Below, piece after piece: positions 1 through 8,357 of a stretch of 20,000 nt of DNA. Source of the stretch: an uncultured virus (IMG/VR IMGVR_UViG_3300043468_000945) (Duplodnaviria; Heunggongvirae; Uroviricota; Caudoviricetes; Crassvirales). A model generated the notes under the pieces. That model had not been told where the DNA came from. It saw nothing but the letters and a program-made list of their open reading frames with translations, and did not search any database. The number at the start of each line of letters is the position of its first letter. The stretch's first letter is position 1. The DNA lies in the IMG/VR virus record IMGVR_UViG_3300043468_000945, one strand, 5' to 3'. A program made the translations under genes and the position numbers.

Positions 1-1
1 C

Positions 2-346
2 GAGACCGCAAACTTCAACCCAACGTTTGCGATTGATAAGAAGTATGGGGTTATCAACTTTAACTCTGACATGTATGGTCAGTCGGTTATCCTTGAGTAC
101 ATATCTGATGGTATGGAGAACGGGAACGACTCATCTGTGACAGTAAACAAGTTGTTTGAAAAATACATTTACGCATACATTCAGTATGAGATTCTGAACT
201 CTAAACTTGGAGTGCAGGAATACATCGTTGCTCGTGCCCGCAAGGAGAAGACGGCATTGTTGCGTAATGCTAAAATTAGAATCAGTAACATACATCCCGG
301 CAGGTTGTTGATGAACTTGCGTGGAATGGACAAGATTATAAAGTAA
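2..346 (+). CDS. C-terminal part of putative tail adaptor/ring (tail tubular A-like) structural protein, 5'-truncated
   Basis: The frame is open from base 2 (ETANFNPTFAIDKKYGVINFNSDMYGQSVILEYISDG...RNAKIRISNI...LRGMDKIIK*), so ATG 71 is internal. It lies 1 nt before the nozzle gene and resembles recalled Flavobacteriia-phage structural proteins. Confidence 0.65.
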   Translation, partial: ETANFNPTFAIDKKYGVINFNSDMYGQSVILEYISDGMENGNDSSVTVNKLFEKYIYAYIQYEILNSKLGVQEYIVARARKEKTALLRNAKIRISNIHPGRLLMNLRGMDKIIK

Positions 347-347
347 T

Positions 348-3300
348 ATGGCAAATCTCACTAGGAATTTCATGGCGGGTAGGATGAACAAGGTTGTCGA
401 TGAACGCCTTGTTCCGGATGGCGAATACATTGACGCACTTAATATTCGCATGGGGTCTACCGAGAATGCTGAAATCGGTGTGATTGAAAACGTCAAAGGA
501 AATGTTCAGCTGACGTCGTTAAAGTACATTGACGGGACGCCATTAAGTAGTGATGCTCGTTGTATTGGAGCTATCGACGATAGTGCAAACGAGACTATCT
601 ATTGGTTTATTCATGACAGCAATTTTTCTGTGGGAGCCACAGGCAAGCTTGACATGATTGTGTCGTTCAACGTATACACCAACGTGCTTACGTATCACGT
701 TATAAGTATTGACGATGGTGGTGGTGTAGATACCACGTTGAACTTCAATCCTCAATATCTTATCACAGGCGTAGACATTGTCGACCGCCTTATTTTCTTT
801 ACTGACGATTATAATCCCCCTCGCTTTCTCAATAGGGCGCGTAACTACGCTGACCCTGTTGGGAATGTTGACCAATTTACTGCAGAGTCGTTGCTTGTAA
901 TTAAACGACCACCGATTCAGTCTCCTGCAGTTCAGCCAATCATTACGGCTAATCAGGATAATTTTATGCAAAATCGGTATATCTGTTTTGCATACAGATA
1001 TAGGTATGAGGACGGAGAGTACTCTGCTACGTCTCAGTTTTCTCCACCGGCATTTATCCCTAAACCATTTCAGTTCAGCATTAACAGCTTCCTGAATGAG
1101 GGGATGACCAACATGGCCAATGCTGCTATTATCACTTATAATACAGGTGGTCCATTAGTAAAGAGCATTGACCTACTATTCAAACAGGCCGGCAACAATG
1201 AAATCAAGGTTATAGAAAGCCTTGACAAAGCTGTGCTTGGTCTTCCCAACAATACAAACCTAACCTATACATTTAGCAACAGCAAAATCTTTACGGTATT
1301 GCCGCTGTCTGAATTACTTCGTTTGTACGACAACGTTCCTCGCCTTGCAAAGGCTCAGACCATTATGGGCAACCGCCTTATGTATGGCAACTACGTTGAG
1401 GGATATAATATGGTTGACGAGGATAACAACCCTGTCAGACTCGATTACTCTACAGCACTTATCATAGAGCAGATTGACGCTACTAGTCTTTCTGACACCA
1501 CTACTTCAGGTAATTATAATTACAATGGAGCGCAAACTATTCCGAATGCGGTATTGTCTGTGGACCTTACAGGCGTTGACTTAATTCAAGGAGCAGCGAT
1601 TACCATTGAGGTACGTATCAGTCACGAAGAATTTAGTGGAGACACTCCTTTCCCATCTGAACAATCAGAGAATATCAACGCTACGTTCTCATTTGTATTG
1701 CCAACGTCTTACACTTCTGTGTTTGCAATGGCTACGAGTATTGAGTTCCAAGAAGCAGTAGGAACAGTAGCCAATATCCAACCAATTGCTACGGCATGTG
1801 ACGGGACGACATTTACTGACTTCATCAACTGTGCTATTCCAAACAACTTAGATGCGCTCATCAAGTTTGCAAGTGGTATCAGTGCAGGAGGTCAGCCAAT
1901 TTCTATTATCACATCACCTGCTAGCCAATCAATCGGGTTTCAATTTCCGGCGATGCGCTTCGTCAACAACACCACAACTCCAACGTTTGATGTTTATGAG
2001 TATTATTCTGTTGTATTTGCTGAAGCTACTTATCAAAAGATTGACTCTCCGAAAAGCTTGCACAGCAACAGGGGTTACGAGATTGGCATTGTCTACATGG
2101 ACGAGTTCAATCGTGCGTCTACTGCGTTAGTTAGTAGAAACAATACGGTTCAAATTCCATGTTCGGCGTCTGATACAAAGAATAGTATTCAAGTAACAAT
2201 ACCTATTTCTCAAAGGGCTCCATATTGGGCGAGTCGTTACAAGTTTGTAATCAAGCCTGACGAAGAGAACTACGATACCATATACAGCAGTATCTTCTTT
2301 AATGACCCGCTAAGTAACAACGCATACTTCTTGCTAGAAGGCGAGAATGCTCGTAAGGTTGAGCAGGGGGATAGGCTGATTGTAAAGGCTGACACTAGTG
2401 GGCCAACAAACAATTGCGTATACGCAACAGTGTTGGAGAAAGAAGCTAAGCAAGCAGGGTTTATTGAGATTCCTAGTGAGCTAGACCCAACTGTAAATAT
2501 TCCTGTTCCTTCAGGGGTATACATGAAGATTAATCCAAACAGCTTCTCGGTTGTTCAAGATGAGCTTTCTGTAATTGCTCCCGGTAATGTACAGGTAGAC
2601 CAAGATACTAGCGGTGAATGTGCAGTTCTTGCATATCCTATGAACCGTTTTGATACTGTTACATCTGCGTGGGTAGACTATGATGTTCCTGCAGGTAGCC
2701 GTATCAAGCTAAGCTTTAAGTTTCAGCGTGCAGGCACAGGAGACGGAAACAACTCCTGTGAAAAGCGTAACTATACTCTAGAGAAAACTCTTATTGCGTC
2801 AAACAACTATTCCAACATGAAAGATTGGTGGGATGGTGACAACGTAGAGTTGATTCTTAACTCAGGTATTCAAGATATTGGTGGTAATCAGTGTGATGCA
2901 GACAACGTATATGACCCAACACTTGCTGCCACCATAACTGATATTGATTGCGACCTTTGTACCAACCACTATCGCTTCTTCAGAAATGGAAGTAACAACC
3001 AATTGTCTTTGTTGGTAAGTGGAACAATTAGCTGTAGCGGACTTTTCGCTAAGAAGAAGCGTCGCTCTACAGTGATTGTAAATATCGAGGTGTTCCGTGC
3101 TGATACCACAATGATATTCGAGACTGAACCATCAGACGCATTGCCTGACGTGTTCTTTGAAAACAACTTGTCATTTGGTATTGATGCTGACGGGAACCAT
3201 TTAGGAAACGTGCAGGACCAAGACATTGCACTTGGTATACCCGGAGTGGTAAATACCGAGTTCTTTAACTGCTTTGCATTTGGTAATGGAGCGGAAAGCT

Positions 3301-4757
3301 ACAAAATACTAGATTCAATTGTTGGTAGAACCTTTAGCTTGGGCAACCGAGTTACTAGTGTTTCTGCTCAAGAATATAAAGAAGCTGACCGATTTGCGGA
3401 CATGACCTACAGTGGCGTGTACAATGACGAGTCTAATATTAATAAGTTAAACGAGTTCAATTTGGGCTTGGTCAACTTCAAACCATTAGAAGATTCGTTT
3501 GGTCCAATCTACAGGATGGACGGTCGAGAGACTGACGTGCTTGTTTTGCAAGAAGATAAAATCTCATACGTACTTGCAGGAAAGAACTTACTTTCTGATG
3601 CAGCCGCAGGAGGTGCGATTACATCTGTGCCTGAGGTATTGGGTACGCAGATTGCTCGTGTTGAAAAGTACGGAATCAGCTTTAATCCTGAGAGCTATGT
3701 CAATTGGGGATTTGATAGATATTTTACTGACGTAAAACGCGGAGCTGTTCTTCAGCTAAAAGGTGGTTCATATAACAGTGACCAATTGAAAGTAGTCTCA
3801 GAAACAGGTATGCGTACTTGGTTCCGTGACAACTTTATTGAGACATTTAGTAATCAAAAACTAGGCGGATATGACCCTTACTTAGGAGAGTATGTGCTTT
3901 GTACTAATGAGGAGCCGCTACCTCAACCACAAGAGTGTATCTCATGTGGCGTATCTCAGACGTTCAGTCTTGCTCCGGGAGAAACCCTTGAGTACTGTGT
4001 TGAACTTGGACCTAATATTGGAGAGACTGAAATCGCTTATAACGTACCTGCGGGCTCAACAGGCGTATTCCAAGTAGTAGCAAACTACAATGGGGTAATA
4101 GTAAACTCAGGAGCTACGAGCACTAGCGGTACTCTTGAAATCAATAAAAACCAAATTACAGTAACAACAGTATCGGTTACGATTACTGCTGTAAATACAG
4201 TAGAACTAAGCGTTATTATTAGATGCCCGCTATCTGAGTTCATGTCTATCGTAAACATTTGTTTGACTAGCAATCCTGAAGTAGGCTTCTTTATTCACAA
4301 CGAATACAGATATACTAGTGGTACATTTACAGGACCGCTTCAACAAACTCTAGTATCGTTTGGTTCTAGCATCGGGGGGACTGTAGTGTCTGAATACCAA
4401 GTACTCACAGGCCTTCCGGGGACAGCAGGATTTCCTCCTCCGGGTAGCTTAATGAATATGGCTTCTCATAAATTCGGGTTTGATACTTTCAACTTTAATC
4501 CCGAAAACGATAAGTTTATGTTCTTTAGGTCTAACACACTTTATGCGAATACTCCTGAGGATATAGCAGAGTTGATTAGCGAGGCTTCTGTTGTTGAAGG
4601 TGTTACAGGTTCAAACGGATATTATTCAGGAGACTTCTCTGTGCCTAGTGTCGGAGAATACTTATATATGATTTGGGACTACAGGCAATCATTGCCGTTG
4701 ACGCTTTGCTACTCTGAGGAGAACGAAGCTGATGCGTGCTGTAACTGTGGAGGATAG
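348..4757 (+). CDS. Phage tail stabilization/nozzle protein (tail tubular B-like), N-terminal main part with Cys-rich C-terminal extension
   Basis: 1469-aa beta-rich ORF with N-terminal FMAGRMNKVVDERLVPDGEYIDALN, FAYRYRYEDGEYSATSQFS, LYDNVPRLAKAQTIMGNRLMYGNY and YGISFNPES...YFTDVKRGAVLQL. These match recalled motifs of Bacteroidota podophage/crAss-related stabilization proteins, and the synteny agrees. Confidence 0.78.
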   Translation: MANLTRNFMAGRMNKVVDERLVPDGEYIDALNIRMGSTENAEIGVIENVKGNVQLTSLKYIDGTPLSSDARCIGAIDDSANETIYWFIHDSNFSVGATGKLDMIVSFNVYTNVLTYHVISIDDGGGVDTTLNFNPQYLITGVDIVDRLIFFTDDYNPPRFLNRARNYADPVGNVDQFTAESLLVIKRPPIQSPAVQPIITANQDNFMQNRYICFAYRYRYEDGEYSATSQFSPPAFIPKPFQFSINSFLNEGMTNMANAAIITYNTGGPLVKSIDLLFKQAGNNEIKVIESLDKAVLGLPNNTNLTYTFSNSKIFTVLPLSELLRLYDNVPRLAKAQTIMGNRLMYGNYVEGYNMVDEDNNPVRLDYSTALIIEQIDATSLSDTTTSGNYNYNGAQTIPNAVLSVDLTGVDLIQGAAITIEVRISHEEFSGDTPFPSEQSENINATFSFVLPTSYTSVFAMATSIEFQEAVGTVANIQPIATACDGTTFTDFINCAIPNNLDALIKFASGISAGGQPISIITSPASQSIGFQFPAMRFVNNTTTPTFDVYEYYSVVFAEATYQKIDSPKSLHSNRGYEIGIVYMDEFNRASTALVSRNNTVQIPCSASDTKNSIQVTIPISQRAPYWASRYKFVIKPDEENYDTIYSSIFFNDPLSNNAYFLLEGENARKVEQGDRLIVKADTSGPTNNCVYATVLEKEAKQAGFIEIPSELDPTVNIPVPSGVYMKINPNSFSVVQDELSVIAPGNVQVDQDTSGECAVLAYPMNRFDTVTSAWVDYDVPAGSRIKLSFKFQRAGTGDGNNSCEKRNYTLEKTLIASNNYSNMKDWWDGDNVELILNSGIQDIGGNQCDADNVYDPTLAATITDIDCDLCTNHYRFFRNGSNNQLSLLVSGTISCSGLFAKKKRRSTVIVNIEVFRADTTMIFETEPSDALPDVFFENNLSFGIDADGNHLGNVQDQDIALGIPGVVNTEFFNCFAFGNGAESYKILDSIVGRTFSLGNRVTSVSAQEYKEADRFADMTYSGVYNDESNINKLNEFNLGLVNFKPLEDSFGPIYRMDGRETDVLVLQEDKISYVLAGKNLLSDAAAGGAITSVPEVLGTQIARVEKYGISFNPESYVNWGFDRYFTDVKRGAVLQLKGGSYNSDQLKVVSETGMRTWFRDNFIETFSNQKLGGYDPYLGEYVLCTNEEPLPQPQECISCGVSQTFSLAPGETLEYCVELGPNIGETEIAYNVPAGSTGVFQVVANYNGVIVNSGATSTSGTLEINKNQITVTTVSVTITAVNTVELSVIIRCPLSEFMSIVNICLTSNPEVGFFIHNEYRYTSGTFTGPLQQTLVSFGSSIGGTVVSEYQVLTGLPGTAGFPPPGSLMNMASHKFGFDTFNFNPENDKFMFFRSNTLYANTPEDIAELISEASVVEGVTGSNGYYSGDFSVPSVGEYLYMIWDYRQSLPLTLCYSEENEADACCNCGG

Positions 4758-4774
4758 TCTTTAAAATAAAAGAA

Positions 4775-6265
4775 ATGGCAACACAAGCAACATACTACTT
4801 AGACGCCCCATCGCTTGCATCGGCTTCAGTAATTTATACTGACAGCGAACTTACTACTATAGCTCCTGACGGATTTTATTCTGATGGTACTTTAGTTCGT
4901 GAGCAAGCTAGTGGCATTCTGTTACCACAGACTACGTGCCCTACTTGCGCTACACCATGTGGAGGCGATATATCAGCTACAGGACAGCAAGGCGTTTATT
5001 ACCTTGACATTGACTTAGGCACTGACGTTGGAGCTGTAGAGATTAGCTTTAACCCATTCAGTGTTCCTGATGGTATTCAAGCAACATTTAATAGCGTAAC
5101 GTACAACGGTCTATCATCGCCTTCATTTGGATGGTTGCAAGGGTCTCCGGGGTTGCCTACGTACATTGGAGACTCAGGGTCTAACTGTGGATTACCCGGG
5201 ACATCTCCCCTTAACTTGCCTGTATTCAACTATGAAAATGGAGCATTTGTAAATTCCGGGGTTGGAGAAACAGTTACCGTTCTTTCAGGTCAATTAGATT
5301 TCACCACAGGTGGTCCGGGGAACTCAAAGATGGTAATTGCAAAGACTGCCCCAACACCATCTATCCTGTCACTAAAAATGATTGGGCCATGCTCAGGAAC
5401 TGCGTTCGACATATTAGTAGCTTGCCCTGCCGGGCTTACCGCATTTGACGCAAGTTTACCATTCGTATCAAGCACGCTTGCATGTGCTGCGCCTATAAGT
5501 CAAGTTTATTATGTATCCCACGTAACGGGGGCTGCAGGTGTCCTTGGGTTGAATGACTTGGTATTTGATGATTCATTTGGCCAATACAAGCTAGCCGCAG
5601 GATACTACAGAACTAATGACGCAGGAGCAAACACTTGGTTTCAAGTAGATATTTATGGCGTAGTAAGAGCGTTTGGGGTTTGCTCAAGTGGAGGAACTAC
5701 ATTTAACGCTTCAGTAGGAAGTGATGCTTCTTCAGCGTGTGAAGGCGGTATGCCATTAGAGGTTGTTGGTAATAATGCAGTCTTCTGTTCTTGCACTCAG
5801 TTTACATCAGCAGCATTTGAAGAGTATGCCACAGGCGTATACTACCTGTCTTACGGTGGGTACTCGATGGCTATTTCGGTAACAGCAGGAAGCAGTGTTG
5901 CTATTGTCGAAGGGCCATGCGTAGCGTGTGCGGAGGTATCTTCAGTTACCGGAGTAAACGGTTACATGGAGCCTTGTATTGGAGGAACTGTTGACGACCA
6001 CATGGGAGCTGCAGTATTCTTGGATGCCCCTGTTGCAGTTGATACCGAGTTTGAAGTTCAAGTATCTTATGTATTCCCGGGGAACAGTTGTGGTTTTGGG
6101 AACAATACTCAGACGTTTTTTGTAACTGTTCTAGCAGGCGAAACGGTTTCAAACTTTAATGCTTGTAGTTCAGGATATTACATATCAGGTGGTGCAAATA
6201 TTTGTAGCGCTTGCATAGTTTCATGCGACAACTCTGACGTAGACCTTACAGGATTTACTTGTTAA
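4775..6265 (+). CDS. Cys/Gly/Ser-rich modular tail-associated (putative adhesion) protein
   Basis: 496-aa ORF with an A-rich leader (aaaataaaagaaATG), many Cys (CPTC, CSC, CVAC, CSAC), very few Lys/Arg, and repeated modules. One module resembles the C-terminal extension of the upstream gene. Confidence 0.6.
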   Translation: MATQATYYLDAPSLASASVIYTDSELTTIAPDGFYSDGTLVREQASGILLPQTTCPTCATPCGGDISATGQQGVYYLDIDLGTDVGAVEISFNPFSVPDGIQATFNSVTYNGLSSPSFGWLQGSPGLPTYIGDSGSNCGLPGTSPLNLPVFNYENGAFVNSGVGETVTVLSGQLDFTTGGPGNSKMVIAKTAPTPSILSLKMIGPCSGTAFDILVACPAGLTAFDASLPFVSSTLACAAPISQVYYVSHVTGAAGVLGLNDLVFDDSFGQYKLAAGYYRTNDAGANTWFQVDIYGVVRAFGVCSSGGTTFNASVGSDASSACEGGMPLEVVGNNAVFCSCTQFTSAAFEEYATGVYYLSYGGYSMAISVTAGSSVAIVEGPCVACAEVSSVTGVNGYMEPCIGGTVDDHMGAAVFLDAPVAVDTEFEVQVSYVFPGNSCGFGNNTQTFFVTVLAGETVSNFNACSSGYYISGGANICSACIVSCDNSDVDLTGFTC

Positions 6266-6275
6266 AAATATATAG

Positions 6276-7082
6276 ATGGCAACATATACACTGACATATA
6301 GCGAAATGGTCCAAGGATGGCCATCATTTTATTCCTTTCATCCTGATTGGATGATTGGGATGAATAATTATTTCTATACGTTTAAGGGAGGGAATCTTTA
6401 CAGACATAACGTAAATAATACCCGCAATAACTTCTATGGCGTTCAGTACAACTCAAAGCTGATAAGCGTTCTCAACACCTCGCCATTGGAGAACAAGTTG
6501 TTCAAGACCATGAACCTTGAAGGGGATGCTGCTTGGGATGCTTTGATGGAGACAGACCTTCAGTACTCAGGCTTCATTGAGCTAGGGTGGTTTGAAAAGA
6601 AAGAAGCTGCGTGGTTTGCGTTCGTACGTAACTCAGGGACTGTGCCTGCGACACCGGCGGAATACCCGCTGCGTTCGGTGAATGGTATCGGTAGAAGCAA
6701 TGTGATTACAGGCCCTGCATCTGCCACTGAGGTACGTTTTGTTATTGGCACATCTCCGATTGAGATTGGCAGCATTCTTAGCATTGGAGACTATGTTTAC
6801 TACAGCTTGCCTCCTAACTTCAACGCCCCTCTTTTGTTTGGTCAGGTTACGAATATTATTGTAAACTACCCTGCGGGTAATAACAAGATTGTTGTTAATG
6901 CTACCATCCCGGGAGCTACAATTCCGTCTATTCAGAACCCGTATATTTTCTACATTAAAAACTCAGTGGCTGAATCTCATGGAGTATTGGGCCATTACTG
7001 TCTCTTTACTCTTGAAAACAATAGAACCAACAAGGTAGAGTTGTTTGCAGTTGAGTCAGAAGTGATGAAAAGTTATCCTTAA
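6276..7082 (+). CDS. Tail structural protein corresponding to the C-terminal portion of the stabilization/nozzle protein
   Basis: 268 aa starting TLTYSEMVQGWPSFYSFHPDWMIGMNNYFYTFKGGNLYRHN, with KLFKTMNLEG, FEKKEAAWF and LGHYCLFTLEN...VELFAVESEV. From recall, these motifs normally form the C-terminus of this nozzle family. Confidence 0.65.
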   Translation: MATYTLTYSEMVQGWPSFYSFHPDWMIGMNNYFYTFKGGNLYRHNVNNTRNNFYGVQYNSKLISVLNTSPLENKLFKTMNLEGDAAWDALMETDLQYSGFIELGWFEKKEAAWFAFVRNSGTVPATPAEYPLRSVNGIGRSNVITGPASATEVRFVIGTSPIEIGSILSIGDYVYYSLPPNFNAPLLFGQVTNIIVNYPAGNNKIVVNATIPGATIPSIQNPYIFYIKNSVAESHGVLGHYCLFTLENNRTNKVELFAVESEVMKSYP

Positions 7083-7090
7083 AATTTCAA

Positions 7091-7098
7091 TATCTTTG
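7091..7098 (+). promoter_or_regulatory. Bacteroidota-type sigma70 -7 element (TAnnTTTG)
   Basis: TATCTTTG lies in the 22-nt gap, 6 nt before ATG 7105. No clear -33 TTTG was seen. Confidence 0.6.
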
Positions 7099-7104
7099 TA
7101 AGAG

Positions 7105-7515
7105 ATGGTATTTAATATACGACCACTGAACGAAAATGATTACGAGTCCACATTAACAGGGTGGTGGAAGGATTGGGGATGGGAATCTCCAACAAAAGAC
7201 TTTCTTCCTGACGATGGGAAAGGGGGCATCATGGTCCTCGATGGAGACGTGCCCGTTTGTGCAGGTTTTATATACACTACCAACTCTAAAGTGGCTTGGG
7301 TGGATTGGATTATTTCTAATAAACAATACCGCAAAAAACCACAAAGAACTGAAGCAATCAAACTGTTAGTCGAAACCTTGACTAATATTTGTAAAAATAC
7401 AGGGCATAAATATACCTATGCCTTAATTAAACATCCTAGCCTAATAAATACCTATGAGCAATTTGGGTATGTAAAGGGGGACGGATACACAGGAGAAATG
7501 ATAAAAGTATTATAA
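7105..7515 (+). CDS. GNAT-fold acetyltransferase-like protein (T7 gp13-like position)
   Basis: 136 aa with GNAT-like layout: NIRPLNENDY, VCAGFIY, AWVDWIISNKQYRKK, LINTYEQFGY. Located between nozzle and ejection genes. Confidence 0.72.
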   Translation: MVFNIRPLNENDYESTLTGWWKDWGWESPTKDFLPDDGKGGIMVLDGDVPVCAGFIYTTNSKVAWVDWIISNKQYRKKPQRTEAIKLLVETLTNICKNTGHKYTYALIKHPSLINTYEQFGYVKGDGYTGEMIKVL

Positions 7516-7516
7516 C

Positions 7517-8350
7517 ATGGCAGTAGCAACAGCAACAGCAATAGCAGTAGGAGGGTTGGCAGTATCTGCCGCCACTTCAGGTGCATCTTTCGCCCAAGCT
7601 TCAAAGCAGAAAAAAATGCAACGTCAAGCCGAAGCAGAGGCAGACAAAGCACTACAAGAGGCGCGTCAAAAACTTGACGTGAATTTCTATGAGCAGCTAG
7701 GCATTAACAAGGAAGTTTACGAACTAGAGCGTGAAGCACTATTGTCTTCAGGCGCTCAAGCCATTGAAGCCGGTGTCGAGAGTGAGCGTGGTGCTGCTGC
7801 GGTAGCAGGACGTGTACAGATGGCACAGCAACAAGGTCAAGGAGGAGTTCGTTCAGCAATGAGTCAAGAGCTTCAGAACCTTGACAAACTAGTGGCATCA
7901 GAGGACGCACGTCTTAGAGATGCTCAAGCCAATCTTGATTTAGCAGAAGCCCAAGGTGCGCAGCTTGCAGCTCGTGATGCTCAGGAAGCAGCCGCTGCTG
8001 CTACAGCTCAAGGTATGGCAGGTCTTCAAAGCTTAGGTCAGCAAGCCATTCAGATGGCTCCTCTGTACGATAAGTCGGCAGGTGCTAAGGAATTTCAAAA
8101 GCTACAAAAACAGGCTACTGAAGCAGGTATGACGCAGCAGCAGTTCCAAACTAATTTAGTTGGTCTATCTCAGGCCAATCCACAATTTGCAAATCTATCA
8201 GGCGTAGGTTATACACCAACAGGATACGATGCGCAAGGCAAGCCATTACAAGGCATGATGACTCCTTACGCAATGCAAGATTACATGTCAGGACTAGGAG
8301 CAGACTACTTGAAATTACTTAGTCAAACAATGTTTCCTCAGAAAAAATAA
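7517..8350 (+). CDS. Putative small ejection (internal virion) protein, T7 gp14/P22 gp7-like
   Basis: 277 aa with a hydrophobic Ala/Gly N-terminus (MAVATATAIAVGGLAVSAATSGASF) followed by an Ala/Gln-rich coiled coil. No Cys or Trp. Synteny supports the call. Confidence 0.65.
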   Translation: MAVATATAIAVGGLAVSAATSGASFAQASKQKKMQRQAEAEADKALQEARQKLDVNFYEQLGINKEVYELEREALLSSGAQAIEAGVESERGAAAVAGRVQMAQQQGQGGVRSAMSQELQNLDKLVASEDARLRDAQANLDLAEAQGAQLAARDAQEAAAAATAQGMAGLQSLGQQAIQMAPLYDKSAGAKEFQKLQKQATEAGMTQQQFQTNLVGLSQANPQFANLSGVGYTPTGYDAQGKPLQGMMTPYAMQDYMSGLGADYLKLLSQTMFPQKK

Positions 8351-8357
8351 ATAGCAG

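Noticed and set aside
71..346. 91-aa protein starting at ATG 71
   Set aside because: The frame is open back to the window edge, so this is the tail of a longer gene.
4755..4777. TAG recoding or read-through fusing the 1469-aa and 496-aa genes
   Set aside because: An in-frame TAA follows three codons later, the next gene is in another frame, and all long ORFs are intact in the standard code.
7520..7549. gca-rya hexamer repeat at the start of the 277-aa gene
   Set aside because: Explained by the AVATATAIAV low-complexity peptide, and too imperfect to call a contingency repeat.
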